Under the pieces are notes generated by a model. That model saw nothing but the letters and a program-made list of their open reading frames with translations, searched no databases and was not told where the DNA came from. From Alphaproteobacteria bacterium (GTDB lineage: Bacteria; Pseudomonadota; Alphaproteobacteria; GCA-2731375), in the NCBI GenBank assembly GCA_965232515.1, contig CBDDPY010000002.1:4800001-4864000 (forward strand): a stretch of DNA of 64,000 nucleotides, read 5' to 3'. Below, one piece after another: positions 52,493-63,483 of the stretch. The translations under genes and the position numbers were made by a program. How positions within the stretch are numbered: position 1 is the stretch's first letter; each line of letters begins with the position of its first letter.

Positions 52493-55000
52493 TTGGCCCA
52501 ACTGCCGCTCAGCCTGCGCTTGGCCCGCCGCGAGCTACGCGGCGGCCTGCACGGCTTCCGCATTTTCCTGCTGTGCCTGGCGTTGGGCGTCGCCGCCATC
52601 GCCGGCGTCGGCTCGCTGTCGGCGGCGCTGGTCGCCGGCATGAACGCCGACGCGCAGCGCCTGCTCGGCGGCGATGTCGAGCTGCGGCTCACGCATCGCG
52701 AGGCGGAACCCGCCGCGGTGGCTTACCTCGAGAAAACGGCGACCGTCGCCCGGTCGATCGAGATGCGCGCCATGGCCCGGGCCGGCGCCGACAAGCGCAG
52801 CCTGGTCGAGTTGAAGGGCGTCGACGGGCTCTATCCAATGTTCGGCGAGGTCGCGCTCAGCGTCGACCGACCGTTGCAGGACCTGCTGGCCGATGGTGGC
52901 GCCGTCGCCGATCCCAGCCTGCTGCGGCGGCTCGATCTCTCGATCGGCGACACCGTCCGCGTCGGCGAGGTGGACTATCAGATCCGCGCCGAGGTAGTGC
53001 GCGAGCCGGACCGTGGCGCCAACGCGTTCGTGCTCGGCCCTCGCCTGATGGTGGCCAAGGACAGTCTCGCCGCCACCGGTCTGATCCAGGAAGGCAGCCT
53101 GATCCGCTATTTCTACAAGCTGAAGCTGCCCGACGGCGTGGATGTCCGCACCTATCTGCGCGATCTGCGCCAGGCCAACCCGGAGGTCTATTGGCGGGTC
53201 CGCGACGTGCGCAACGGCGCGCCGGGGCTTAAGCGCTTCATCGACCGCATGCGCCTGTTCCTGACGCTCGTAGGGCTGACGGCGCTGCTGGTCGGCGGAC
53301 TCGGCGTCGGCAACGCGGTCAAGGCCTACATGGACGGCAAGACCGGCACCATTGCGATCATGAAATGCATCGGTGCGCCGGCCGACCTGGTGTTCCGCAC
53401 CTACCTGGCCCAGATCATGGCGCTGTCGCTGATCGGCGTCGCCATCGGATTGGCCGTCGGCGCCATTGCGCCGCCGCTGTTGGCCGGTCTGCTGGAACGG
53501 TACCTGCCATTCGAGGCTCGGATCGGCTTTTATCCCAAACCGCTGTTCCTCGCGCTGGTCTTCGGCCTTCTGACGGCCCTGGCCTTCGCGCTTTGGCCGC
53601 TGTCGCGGGCGCGCGAGGTATCGCCGGGAGCGCTGTTCCGCGATCTGGCGGCGCCGGCGGGCGGGCGGCCGCCGTTGGTGTATTTGGCGGCCATCGTCTC
53701 GACCTTCGTGATTCTGGCCGGCGTCGCCATTCTGACGGCCGAACAGCCCGGCTTCGCCATATGGTTCGTTATCGGCTCGGCGGGCAGCATGTTGCTGTTT
53801 CTCGCCGCCGCGCGCCTGCTGATCGGCGTCGCCCGGCGGTTGCCGCGGCCGCGCCGGCCCGGTCTGCGGCTGGCGCTCGCCAATCTGCACCGTCCCGGCG
53901 CCCCCACGGTCAGTGTGGTGCTGTCCTTCGGCCTCGGGCTCAGCGTCCTGGTCGCGGTGATGACGCTCGAAGGCAATATCGGCCGGCAGGTCCAGGACCG
54001 CATTCCCGAACAGGCGCCGGCCTACTTCTTCATCGACATCCAGCCGCAGCAGGTCGAGGACTTTACCCGCCTCGCCGCCGCCGTGCCGGGCGTGTCCGAG
54101 ATCCGCAAGGTGCCGTCGCTGCGCGGTCGCATCACAATGGTCAACGGCGTGCCGTCGGGGCAGATCGACGCAGCCCCCGAGGTGGCCTGGGCCTTGCGCG
54201 GCGACCGCGGCCTGACCTACACGGCCGAGATGCCGCAAGGCACCAAGGTCGTCGCCGGTGAATGGTGGCCGCCGGACTATGCCGGGCCGCCGCAGATTTC
54301 AATGGATGCGGAAATCGCCGCCGGCATTGGCGTTGGCATTGGCGATACGCTGACCGTGAACGTGCTGGGCCGCGACATCACCGCGCGCATCCACAACCTG
54401 CGGCAGATCGACTGGGCCAGCATGGGCATCAATTTCGTGCTGCTCTACGCGCCGGGCGCGCTGGAAGGCGCGCCGCACAGCTTCATCGCCACCGCGAACG
54501 CGCCGCCCGAGGCCGAAGCCGCGCTGGAAACGGCGGTGACCGACCGGTTCGCCAACGTGACGGCGATCCGGGTGCGCGACGCGCTGGAGGCGGCGAACCG
54601 CATTCTCGCCAACATCGGCATCGCTGTGCGCTCGACGGCGACCGTGACGCTCGTCGCCGGCATCCTGGTGCTGGCCGGCGCCATCGCCGCGGGCCATCGC
54701 CGGCGCGTCTACGACGCCGTGATCCTGAAGGTTCTGGGCGCGCGCCGGGCCGACGTGATCCGCGCCTACGTGCTGGAGTACGCGCTTCTGGGCCTGATCG
54801 CGGCCCTGCTGGCGGCCGTGGTCGGCACCTTTACGGCCTATATCGTGCTGACCGAGGTGATGGGCGCGGACTGGATCTGGCTGCCCGGCACGATCGCCAC
54901 GACCACGCTGATCAGCTTCGCCGCCACGGTTTCGGTCGGCCTGATCGGCACCTGGGCGGCGCTCAGCCAGAAACCGGCGCCGCTGCTGCGCAACGAATAG
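52493..55000 (+). CDS. ABC transporter permease (YbbP/FtsX-like)
   Basis: LRLARRELRGG, FFIDIQP, two FtsX-like domains. Confidence 0.92.
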   Translation: MAQLPLSLRLARRELRGGLHGFRIFLLCLALGVAAIAGVGSLSAALVAGMNADAQRLLGGDVELRLTHREAEPAAVAYLEKTATVARSIEMRAMARAGADKRSLVELKGVDGLYPMFGEVALSVDRPLQDLLADGGAVADPSLLRRLDLSIGDTVRVGEVDYQIRAEVVREPDRGANAFVLGPRLMVAKDSLAATGLIQEGSLIRYFYKLKLPDGVDVRTYLRDLRQANPEVYWRVRDVRNGAPGLKRFIDRMRLFLTLVGLTALLVGGLGVGNAVKAYMDGKTGTIAIMKCIGAPADLVFRTYLAQIMALSLIGVAIGLAVGAIAPPLLAGLLERYLPFEARIGFYPKPLFLALVFGLLTALAFALWPLSRAREVSPGALFRDLAAPAGGRPPLVYLAAIVSTFVILAGVAILTAEQPGFAIWFVIGSAGSMLLFLAAARLLIGVARRLPRPRRPGLRLALANLHRPGAPTVSVVLSFGLGLSVLVAVMTLEGNIGRQVQDRIPEQAPAYFFIDIQPQQVEDFTRLAAAVPGVSEIRKVPSLRGRITMVNGVPSGQIDAAPEVAWALRGDRGLTYTAEMPQGTKVVAGEWWPPDYAGPPQISMDAEIAAGIGVGIGDTLTVNVLGRDITARIHNLRQIDWASMGINFVLLYAPGALEGAPHSFIATANAPPEAEAALETAVTDRFANVTAIRVRDALEAANRILANIGIAVRSTATVTLVAGILVLAGAIAAGHRRRVYDAVILKVLGARRADVIRAYVLEYALLGLIAALLAAVVGTFTAYIVLTEVMGADWIWLPGTIATTTLISFAATVSVGLIGTWAALSQKPAPLLRNE

Positions 55001-55159
55001 TCAAAACGGGCCAAAAACCCGTTTAAATACAACAAATTGTGTCGATATCCGGAAATCCGACGGATTGTTCCGTTCGGCCCCGGATTCACTTGCAATTCGT
55101 TGGAATCATTCCAATATTATCCCCTGACTCACGGGTTTCTTGGCAACGAAGGGGTAACC

Positions 55160-55912
55160 ATGGCGTTCGACCCGAATAATCTGACCGCTGCTCGCATGGG
55201 AACGGGCGCCCGGTCCACGACGGCAGTGCAGATCGACGAAGGTCTGCGCGCCTACATGCTTCGTGTCTACAACTATATGGGTTCCGGCCTGCTGCTCAGC
55301 GGCATCGTCGCCTATCTGGTGTTCTCGTACGAGCCGCTGTTCTACGCGCTCGTGAATACGCAGACCGGTGGCTTGAGCGGGCTGGGCATGGTCGTGCTGT
55401 GGTCGCCGCTGGTCTTGCTGCTGGTGATGAGCTTCGGCGTCAACAAGCTCAGTCCGTCGGCCCTCCAGGGGATGTACTGGGCGTTTGTCGCGCTCAAGGG
55501 CGCATCGCTGTCGTTCATCCTGGCGATGTACACGGCTGACAGCGTTGTCCGGGTATTCTTCATCACGGCCGCGACGTTCGGCGCGATGAGCCTTTACGGC
55601 TACTCCACCAAGCGCGATCTGGCCGGGTTCGGCTCGTTCCTGTTCATGGGCGTGATCGGCCTGATCATCGCATCGGTCGTTAATATCTTCGTCGCATCGT
55701 CAGCCATCCACTGGGCGATATCGGTCATCGGTGTCCTGGTCTTTGTCGGCCTGACCGCGACCGAGACTCAGCGGATCAAGGCGGATTTCATCGAGTACCG
55801 GATGGAAGGCGGGTTGGCGACCAAGTCCGCGATCATGGGCGCGGTGATGCTCTACATCCTGTTCATCAACATCTTCCAGTTCCTCCTGATGCTCTTGGGC
55901 AATCGGGAATAG
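55160..55912 (+). CDS. Bax inhibitor-1/YccA family membrane protein
   Basis: IDEGLRAYMLRVYNYM, YGYSTKRDL. Confidence 0.92.
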   Translation: MAFDPNNLTAARMGTGARSTTAVQIDEGLRAYMLRVYNYMGSGLLLSGIVAYLVFSYEPLFYALVNTQTGGLSGLGMVVLWSPLVLLLVMSFGVNKLSPSALQGMYWAFVALKGASLSFILAMYTADSVVRVFFITAATFGAMSLYGYSTKRDLAGFGSFLFMGVIGLIIASVVNIFVASSAIHWAISVIGVLVFVGLTATETQRIKADFIEYRMEGGLATKSAIMGAVMLYILFINIFQFLLMLLGNRE

Positions 55913-55934
55913 CACTCGCAGCAGAGTGACCGAG

Positions 55935-55967
55935 AGGCGCCCGGCGGTTCGTCCGCCGGGCGTTTTT
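55935..55967 (+). terminator. Rho-independent terminator
   Basis: AGGCGCCCGGCGG-TTCGT-CCGCCGGGCG-TTTTT. Confidence 0.8.
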
Positions 55968-55978
55968 CATTGAAGAAG

Positions 55979-56353
55979 CTAAGCGGCAGTTCGCGAACGA
56001 GGTTCGCGGATCAGAACTTCCGCCGGGATGCTCAGTTTCTCGCTAAGCTTTCTGATCATTGGCAGCGTGAGATTGCGGCGTCCGGATAGCACTTCCGACA
56101 CACGGCCCCGGCTTCCGATAAGAGGTTCCAGGTCCTTACGCTTCAATTCCAGTTGTTCCATGCGAAACAAGATGGCGTCGATCGGATCCGGTGCGTCGAT
56201 CGGGAAGTATTTTGCTTCGTAGGCTTCGACCAACGTGGTTAGTACGTCAAGCCGGTCGCCCTCAGGCGTGTCGGGCGCGGCATTCATCAGCCCGTCAATC
56301 TCGGCAAGCGTCGCCTCGTAGTCCGCGTCGCTCTTAATCGGTCGTATTTCCAT
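55979..56353 (-). CDS. higA: HigA antitoxin (HTH)
   Basis: IRPIKS..DY, PDPIDAI.FRMEQ, RVSEVLSGRR.LTL. Confidence 0.9.
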   Translation of the reverse strand: MEIRPIKSDADYEATLAEIDGLMNAAPDTPEGDRLDVLTTLVEAYEAKYFPIDAPDPIDAILFRMEQLELKRKDLEPLIGSRGRVSEVLSGRRNLTLPMIRKLSEKLSIPAEVLIREPRSRTAA

Positions 56354-56379
56354 TTGCTATGCCCTCGCGACAATCTTCC

Positions 56380-56676
56380 CTAGATCGTTTCGACATCTAT
56401 TCCGTCATATTCCCTGTGGGTGCCGATGAACCTTATGTAGATGATCCGATAAGCGTAATTGATACGCACGACCAGCCGATACTTGTTGCCAGCAATGTTG
56501 AACACGACTCTGTCACCCACGAAACTGGCGTTCCGATAGAGACGTTTGACGTCGGCGGGACCTGACCAATCCGCGTGCAAAGCCTCTCGATACCAGGCCC
56601 TCAACGGCCTTTCGCTGTCGCCTTTACCTTGCCGCTGCCAATGCTCCCGCAACGTTCGAATGGCGATTACCCGCAT
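56380..56676 (-). CDS. higB: HigB toxin (mRNA interferase)
   Basis: MRVIA..TL, VFNIAGNKYRL, FIGTHREYD. Confidence 0.92.
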   Translation of the reverse strand: MRVIAIRTLREHWQRQGKGDSERPLRAWYREALHADWSGPADVKRLYRNASFVGDRVVFNIAGNKYRLVVRINYAYRIIYIRFIGTHREYDGIDVETI

Positions 56677-56695
56677 CAGCCAGTTATACAATGTT

Positions 56696-56708
56696 CCCAA
56701 TTTGGGAT
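56696..56708. promoter_or_regulatory. Putative HigA operator palindrome
   Basis: TCCCAA-T-TTGGGA about 20 bp upstream of higB. Confidence 0.6.
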
Positions 56709-56799
56709 CAATAGCGAGCGATAGTTAACGTCTTGGAATAACCGCGATTTAGCGTGCTACCTTTGAGGTCAAATTCCGTCCGTTGTGGGAGTTCCGTTG

Positions 56800-58278
56800 A
56801 TGCGCGTCGTCATCGCCATGATGAAGCACGAGACCAATACCTTTTCGCCCATCCCGACGCCCTGGGCGCGGTTTCAGGAATGGGGCGCCTATTTCGGCGA
56901 CGACGTGGTCACGGCCTACGAACAGACCAACATGACGCTCGGCGCCTACTTGAAGCTGGCGCGCGCCGCCGGCGCCGAGATCGTGACCCCGATCGCCGCC
57001 GAAGCCATGCCGTCGGGCATGGTCGAAGCGCAAGCCTATGACCTGATGTCGGACGCGATCTGCGAGGCCGTCGACCGGGGCTGCGACGCCATCATGCTCG
57101 ACCTGCACGGCGCCATGGTCGCCGAGACCACGCCCGACGGCGAAGGCACGCTGCTGGAACGCATCCGCGGGATCGCGCCTGAGACGCCGATCTGCGTGAC
57201 CCTGGACCTGCACTGCAACCTGACGCGGAAGATGGTCGACAACTGCGACGCGCTGATCGGCTACAAGACCTATCCCCACGTCGACATGTTCGAGGTCGGC
57301 AGCCAGGTGGGCGAGATCCTGTTCGGCATGCTGCGCGGCGAGGTCCGGCCGGTGATGGCCTGGAAGAACCTGCCGCTGTTGTCCCAGACCCTGCGGCAAG
57401 GCACCGACGACGAGCCGATGAAGTCATTGATCGCCATGGCGCGCGGCGCCGAGGCCACGGGCGAGGTGCTGGCGGCGACCGTGTTCGGCGGCTTTCCGCT
57501 GGCCGACATGCCGGACGCCGGCACGTCCTGCATCTGCATCGCCGACGGCGACCGGGCCAAGGCCGAAGCCGTGGTCGAGCGCATCCTCGACAAGGCCTGG
57601 ACCGAGCGCTCGGAGTTCGTCTACCGGCACGAGCCGTTGGACGAGGCCGTGGCCCGGGCGAAGGACCTGAAAGAAGGCCCCGTCCTGCTGCTGGACCATG
57701 CCGACAATACCGGGTCCGGCGGCACCCAGGACGTGATGACGGTGATCGCCGAAATCATCCGCCAGGACCTGGAGGACGTCGCCGTCGCCGCTGTCTGGGA
57801 CCCGGACGCCGTCGCCGAGATGCAGCGCGCCGGCGTCGGCGCCACCGTGACGTTGCAGCTCGGTGGCAAGACCGACATGCCGTCGATCGGCATGACCGGC
57901 GAACCGCTGACCGTCACCGGCACGGTCAAGGTGCTGACGAACGGCGAATGGACCGTGCGTGGGCCGATGTATCACGGCCTCAAGGTCTTCATGGGCCCGA
58001 CCGCCGTGCTGGACACCGGCAAGGTCGAGATCGTCGTCGTCTCGCGCCATCACGAGCCCTGGGATCAGGGCGTGTTCACGTCCGTCGGCATCGATCCGGC
58101 CTGGAAGAAGTATGTCGTGCTGAAATCGCGCATCCATTACCGCGCCGGCTTCGCGCCCATCGCCAAGCACACCATCACCTGCGACGGCCACGGCGTGACC
58201 ACCTCGGACAATTCGCTGCTGACGTTCGAGAACGTGCGCCGGCCGATCTATCCGCTCGACAACATCAACGAGCCCTGA
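56800..58278 (+). CDS. M81 family metallopeptidase (MlrC-like)
   Basis: HETNTFSP, LHGAM, DLHCN, YPHVD, DNTGSGG, KSRIHYRA. Confidence 0.92.
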   Translation: MRVVIAMMKHETNTFSPIPTPWARFQEWGAYFGDDVVTAYEQTNMTLGAYLKLARAAGAEIVTPIAAEAMPSGMVEAQAYDLMSDAICEAVDRGCDAIMLDLHGAMVAETTPDGEGTLLERIRGIAPETPICVTLDLHCNLTRKMVDNCDALIGYKTYPHVDMFEVGSQVGEILFGMLRGEVRPVMAWKNLPLLSQTLRQGTDDEPMKSLIAMARGAEATGEVLAATVFGGFPLADMPDAGTSCICIADGDRAKAEAVVERILDKAWTERSEFVYRHEPLDEAVARAKDLKEGPVLLLDHADNTGSGGTQDVMTVIAEIIRQDLEDVAVAAVWDPDAVAEMQRAGVGATVTLQLGGKTDMPSIGMTGEPLTVTGTVKVLTNGEWTVRGPMYHGLKVFMGPTAVLDTGKVEIVVVSRHHEPWDQGVFTSVGIDPAWKKYVVLKSRIHYRAGFAPIAKHTITCDGHGVTTSDNSLLTFENVRRPIYPLDNINEP

Positions 58279-58279
58279 C

Positions 58280-59602
58280 GTGCTGACCGACGCGCAAGGC
58301 CTCGCGGTCTCGACGGACAACCCGGCGACAATCGCCGCCATCGACCGCTTCGTGCACGCGGCGCTGGCCTACGGCACCGACTTCATGGGCGTGGTCGAGG
58401 CGCTGGAGGACGAGCCCGACAACGTGATGGCCGGCAGCCTCGCCGCCGTTCTGATGATGTTCTTCGAGGCCGCCAACTCGGCCGAGTTGGCGCGGCCCTA
58501 TCTCGACGCCGCAAGAAAAGGCGTGGACGGCGGGACGGACCGCGAGCGCGACTTCTTCGCCGCCACCGACGCTTGGGTCACGGGCGACATCGACGCGGCG
58601 CTAGCACGCCTCGACGGCATCACCGACGCGCATCCGCGCGACGTGATGGCGATGAAGCTGATGCAATACCATCACTTCAACCTTGGCCGGCCCGCCGGCA
58701 TGCTCGCCGCCTCGGCCAAGATCCTCGACGCCAATGCCGACAACGGTTTCGTGCTCGGCTGTCACGCCTTCGCGCTGGAGCAGATGAACCGGTTGGACGA
58801 GGCCGAGGGCTTCGGCCGCCGGGCGACCGAGCTCAACCGCGCCGATCCCTGGGCGCACCATGCCGTGGCCCATGTGATGGAAACCCAGGGCCGACTGCGT
58901 GAGGGCATCGACTGGATGGAAGACCTCGCCGACACCTGGGCCGACTGCAATTCCTTCATGCTCGGCCACAACTGGTGGCACGTGGCGCTCTACTACCTTG
59001 ATCTCGAAGACCATGCCCGCGTGCTCGACCTCTACGACAACCAGATCTGGGGCATCGACAAGACCTACAGCCAGGACCAGGCCAACGCAGTTTCCTTGCT
59101 CTGGCGGCTGGAGCTGCGCGGCGTCGATGTCGGTGACCGCTGGCAGGATGTCGCCGATCACGTCGCCGGCCGCACCTCGGAACATGTGCAGCCCTTCCTC
59201 GACCTGCATTACCTGTTCGCGCTCGCGCGCGCCGGCCGCGACGCCAAGGCGACCGAAATGCTGGACAGTATCGCGGCCCATGTCGAAAACGCGCCGCCGG
59301 CGGCGCGAAGGGCCTGGCAGGACGTTGCGCTACCGGCCGCGCGGGGCGTCGTCGCCTTCGCCCGCGGCGATGTCGAAGCCGCTTATCCCGACTTCGCCCG
59401 CGCCGAACCGCGCCTGCAGGAGATCGGCGGCAGCCACGCCCAGCGCGACCTGTTCGTGCAGACCTGGCTGGAAACCCTGCTGCGCACCGGCCGCGCCGCC
59501 GAGGCGCTGCCGATCCTGCGGCAACGTGCCGAGATCCGGCCATCGGCGCCGGCCAACCGTTGGCTCGAACGCGCGGTCCACGAAACCGGAGGAATCGCAT
59601 GA
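58280..59602 (+). CDS. TTC38-like tetratricopeptide repeat protein
   Basis: DPWAHHAVAHVME, HNWWHVAL, SLLWRL, GGSHAQRD. Confidence 0.88.
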   Translation: MLTDAQGLAVSTDNPATIAAIDRFVHAALAYGTDFMGVVEALEDEPDNVMAGSLAAVLMMFFEAANSAELARPYLDAARKGVDGGTDRERDFFAATDAWVTGDIDAALARLDGITDAHPRDVMAMKLMQYHHFNLGRPAGMLAASAKILDANADNGFVLGCHAFALEQMNRLDEAEGFGRRATELNRADPWAHHAVAHVMETQGRLREGIDWMEDLADTWADCNSFMLGHNWWHVALYYLDLEDHARVLDLYDNQIWGIDKTYSQDQANAVSLLWRLELRGVDVGDRWQDVADHVAGRTSEHVQPFLDLHYLFALARAGRDAKATEMLDSIAAHVENAPPAARRAWQDVALPAARGVVAFARGDVEAAYPDFARAEPRLQEIGGSHAQRDLFVQTWLETLLRTGRAAEALPILRQRAEIRPSAPANRWLERAVHETGGIA

Positions 59603-60369
59603 CCGTCCGCCTCTACGCCATGACCTGCGGCTGGGTCACCATGCGCATGCGCGCGATCCTGGACGGCGAGGGCGATAAGGACAGCACGCTGGTCGTGCCG
59701 GTGCCGTCCTACCTGATCGAGCATCCCAACGGCCGGGTGCTGTTCGACACCGGTCTGAACCTGGCGGTCCAGCATGACTACGACGGCTATATGGGCGGGC
59801 TGACGAAATACATGCAGGCCGAGCTCAAGCCCGGCGAGGAGCTGGTGAGCTGCCTGTCGCGCCTGGACCGGGACATCGCCGACATCGACTATCTCGTCAA
59901 CTCGCACCTGCATTTCGACCATTGCGGCGGCAACGGCGAGGTGCCGAACGCGGCCGTGGTGGTGCAGAAGCCGGAATGGGAATACGCCCAGAGCCGCGAC
60001 CCGGAAAAGCCTACGGGCTACAAGCGTGAGGACTATGACCACGGCCAGGACGTCAAGCAGGTCGCGGGCGAGCACGACCTTTTCGGCGACGGCAGCGTCG
60101 TCTGCATCCCGACCTACGGCCATACGCCGGGCCACCAGTCACTGAAGGTGCGGCATGACGGTGGTGAGGTGGTGCTGGCGGGCGACGCCTGCTATCTGCG
60201 ACAGACGCTCGACAACCTGCACCTGCCGGCGATCGTGCATGACCGCGAGCAGATGTTGGCCTCGCTGCATGTCCTGCGCGGCCTGCAGGCCCGTGGTGCG
60301 CGCATCTACTACGGCCACGATCCCGAATTCTGGCAGACGGTGCCGCAGGCGCCGGCCGAAATGGTCTGA
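59599..60369 (+). CDS. N-acyl homoserine lactonase family metallo-beta-lactamase
   Basis: SHLHFDHCG, GHTPGHQS, AGDACY, GHD. Confidence 0.88.
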   Translation: MTVRLYAMTCGWVTMRMRAILDGEGDKDSTLVVPVPSYLIEHPNGRVLFDTGLNLAVQHDYDGYMGGLTKYMQAELKPGEELVSCLSRLDRDIADIDYLVNSHLHFDHCGGNGEVPNAAVVVQKPEWEYAQSRDPEKPTGYKREDYDHGQDVKQVAGEHDLFGDGSVVCIPTYGHTPGHQSLKVRHDGGEVVLAGDACYLRQTLDNLHLPAIVHDREQMLASLHVLRGLQARGARIYYGHDPEFWQTVPQAPAEMV

Positions 60370-60372
60370 ATC

Positions 60373-61065
60373 ATGCCGCAAATCCGCCTCTTGAGCCTGC
60401 GCGACGGCGCCGAGGCCGCCACCGGCACTGTTATCATCATCGATGTGTTCCGGGCCTTTTCCACCGCTGCAGCGGCCTTCCACGCTGGCGCCCGCCGCAT
60501 CGTCATGGTCGACGACGTCGACCAGGCGCTTGCCCTGCGCGAGCGGGGCGTCGGCAGCCATTGCCTGGGCGAGCGTGGCGGCTTCAAACCCGACGGCTTC
60601 GACTTCGCCAACTCGCCCGGTCAGCTGCTGGCCGGCGACATCGCCGGCAAGACCCTGATCCAGACCACCACGAACGGCACCGCCGGCATCCACGCTGCGG
60701 CCGCTGCCGACCGCATCTACGCCTGCGGCCTGGCCAATGCGTCCGCCACGGCCGCGGCGGTACTGACCGGCAATCCCGAAACTGTCAGCGTCGTCGCCAT
60801 GGGCCGTAGTGGCCGCGCGCGTGCCGACGAGGACGAGCTCTGCGCGCTCTACCTGCGCAGCCGCCTGCAGGGCCGCGAGCCCGACCGCGCCGCGCTGGCG
60901 CAACTACTGCAGACCATGGCCCCGCCGCCGAACCCGGCCCTCATCGACAGCGGCGACTACCACCCCGACGACCGCGCCATCTGCGTCGGCGTCGACCGCT
61001 TCCCGCTGGCCATCGCCGTCCGCCGCGAGGACGGCCTGCTGGTGGCGGAAGCGGAGACGCCGTAG
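60373..61065 (+). CDS. 2-phosphosulfolactate phosphatase family (ComB-like)
   Basis: IDVFRAFST, GER.G, NSP, TTNGT, ED.LCA. Confidence 0.88.
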   Translation: MPQIRLLSLRDGAEAATGTVIIIDVFRAFSTAAAAFHAGARRIVMVDDVDQALALRERGVGSHCLGERGGFKPDGFDFANSPGQLLAGDIAGKTLIQTTTNGTAGIHAAAAADRIYACGLANASATAAAVLTGNPETVSVVAMGRSGRARADEDELCALYLRSRLQGREPDRAALAQLLQTMAPPPNPALIDSGDYHPDDRAICVGVDRFPLAIAVRREDGLLVAEAETP

Positions 61066-61076
61066 CGGCAGCTTGC

Positions 61077-61163
61077 TGGATTGCCGGGTCAAGCCCGGCA
61101 ATGACGAAGTGATATAAACATCAACGACTTCATCGTCATGCCCGGACTTGATCCGGGCATCCA
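61077..61163. repeat. Palindromic repeat, family C
   Basis: TGGATTGCCGGGTCAAGCCCGGCAATGACG...CGTCATGCCCGGACTTGATCCGGGCATCCA. Confidence 0.85.
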
Positions 61164-61171
61164 CGACCGCA

Positions 61172-61957
61172 TCACACGAACCGCGCCGTCACCGATCCCA
61201 GGCCGTCGATTTCCGTCACCGCTGTCGCCGGTTGATCGATCCATTGCGTCGCCACGACCGAGCCGGTCATGACGATGTCGCCGGCGCGCAGGCCGCGGCC
61301 GGGATTCAGGTTGGCGAGCCAGGCCAGCGCTTCGAACGGGTGGCCCATGACGTCGCCGCCGACGCCCTCGCCGACGGATGTGCCGTCGATCAGCGTCCGG
61401 CCGCGCAGCCCAGTCAGGTCGAGCGACCGCCAGTCCATCGTTTCCAGCCCGTGCAGGCAGGCGACATGAAAGAAATCGTCCGCCGTCAGGTCGAAGGCCG
61501 TCATGGCGGTGTAGTCGTCATAGCGGTCGTCGACGATCTCCATGGCCGGCATCACGGCGCCGACCAACTCGGCGACCGAGGTCCGGTCGTAGGGGCCGTC
61601 GTCGGCATCGGCGGCCAGGCGAACGGCGATCTCGCATTCGACGCCGGCCCGGTGCGTGTCGGCGAGCTGGTAGGTCGCGTCGTCGCGGTGGATGCCCTGG
61701 TCGGTCATGCTGCCGGCGCACGGACTGTCGATCTTCAGCATGGCTTGCATCACCGGCGTCGTGCAGCCGATCTTCCAGCCGGCGACCGCGCCGCGCCCGG
61801 CGGCGGCGGCCAGACGGTCGTGCAGAACGGCCTGGATGGCATAAGCGTCCGCGGCGCTCGCCGGTCGGCAGTTGCTGGGCAGGATGCCGACCTTGCGTCC
61901 CGCGATCCGGGCCTCGGCCAGCAGGCCGGCGGCGTTGTCGATCCTGCTGGCGTCCAT
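61172..61957 (-). CDS. 2-keto-4-pentenoate hydratase / FAH family protein
   Basis: GWKIGCT, ECEIA, EIVDDR, VMTGS. Confidence 0.88.
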   Translation of the reverse strand: MDASRIDNAAGLLAEARIAGRKVGILPSNCRPASAADAYAIQAVLHDRLAAAAGRGAVAGWKIGCTTPVMQAMLKIDSPCAGSMTDQGIHRDDATYQLADTHRAGVECEIAVRLAADADDGPYDRTSVAELVGAVMPAMEIVDDRYDDYTAMTAFDLTADDFFHVACLHGLETMDWRSLDLTGLRGRTLIDGTSVGEGVGGDVMGHPFEALAWLANLNPGRGLRAGDIVMTGSVVATQWIDQPATAVTEIDGLGSVTARFV

Positions 61958-61968
61958 GGCAGCGCTCG

Positions 61969-62811
<843 letters not shown>

Positions 62812-62945
62812 AACGTCGTCCCCGGTTTGGTGATGACCGATCCTGAATGCGGATCATTGCCGTCGCATGTCGTGCGGGCGGCGTCTTCTCGCAAACCGCG
62901 CGGCGCGATGCAAACGAAATCCGGGGAGCAAACTAAGGGTATGCG

Positions 62946-63323
62946 CTAGTCCGGGTGGACGAGCTTCGGCTTGCGCTTGTTCAGGACTTTCAGAACGGCG
63001 TCGAGCCGCTTGCCGGTCTTCAGCACGCGACCGCGGCTGCTGACCTCGTAGCGGTCTTCGCGGCGGCTGCCGGGCCGTTTGCGGATGCGGTAGAGCGGCA
63101 CGTTGGCGACGCGGCCGTAGATCGCGAACACCACGTCCTGGTCGTCGGCGCTGACGGCGTAATCCAGCCAATCGCCGGACATCACCTTGCGGCTATAAAC
63201 CTGAAGAATCTGGTTGAGCTCGTGCTTGTCGAAGAACTCGGTAAGCGCCCGATTGCTTGCACCGCCGCCGGATTGGGCACGGCCCCGGCGGCGGGGCGCC
63301 TCGAATGTAACAACCTCGCTCAT
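62946..63323 (-). CDS. DUF2794 family protein
   Basis: F.K.EL..IL..Y.R.V..G.W.DYA, PLYRI.K.P. Confidence 0.85.
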   Translation of the reverse strand: MSEVVTFEAPRRRGRAQSGGGASNRALTEFFDKHELNQILQVYSRKVMSGDWLDYAVSADDQDVVFAIYGRVANVPLYRIRKRPGSRREDRYEVSSRGRVLKTGKRLDAVLKVLNKRKPKLVHPD

Positions 63324-63483
63324 ACCGCTGATATCTTAGCGCCGTTCCGCCGCTTTGCGACAGAAATGTTACGCGGGCGCCGCGATTCGTTAACCAAGAT
63401 GGCCGGCGCCGCGCTTTCCGGTTTTCATGTCCGGGAAATCCGTTAGGCTTTGGGCTGTGCCGCCCGCCTTATGAGGACAAGCC

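Noticed and set aside
55979-56708. higBA as a marker of a mobile element
   Set aside because: Stand-alone TA pair with no flanking repeats, integrase or tRNA visible.
62812-62945. Riboswitch upstream of speE
   Set aside because: Some pairing potential, but no SAM or other riboswitch consensus recognisable by eye; an Rfam scan would decide.
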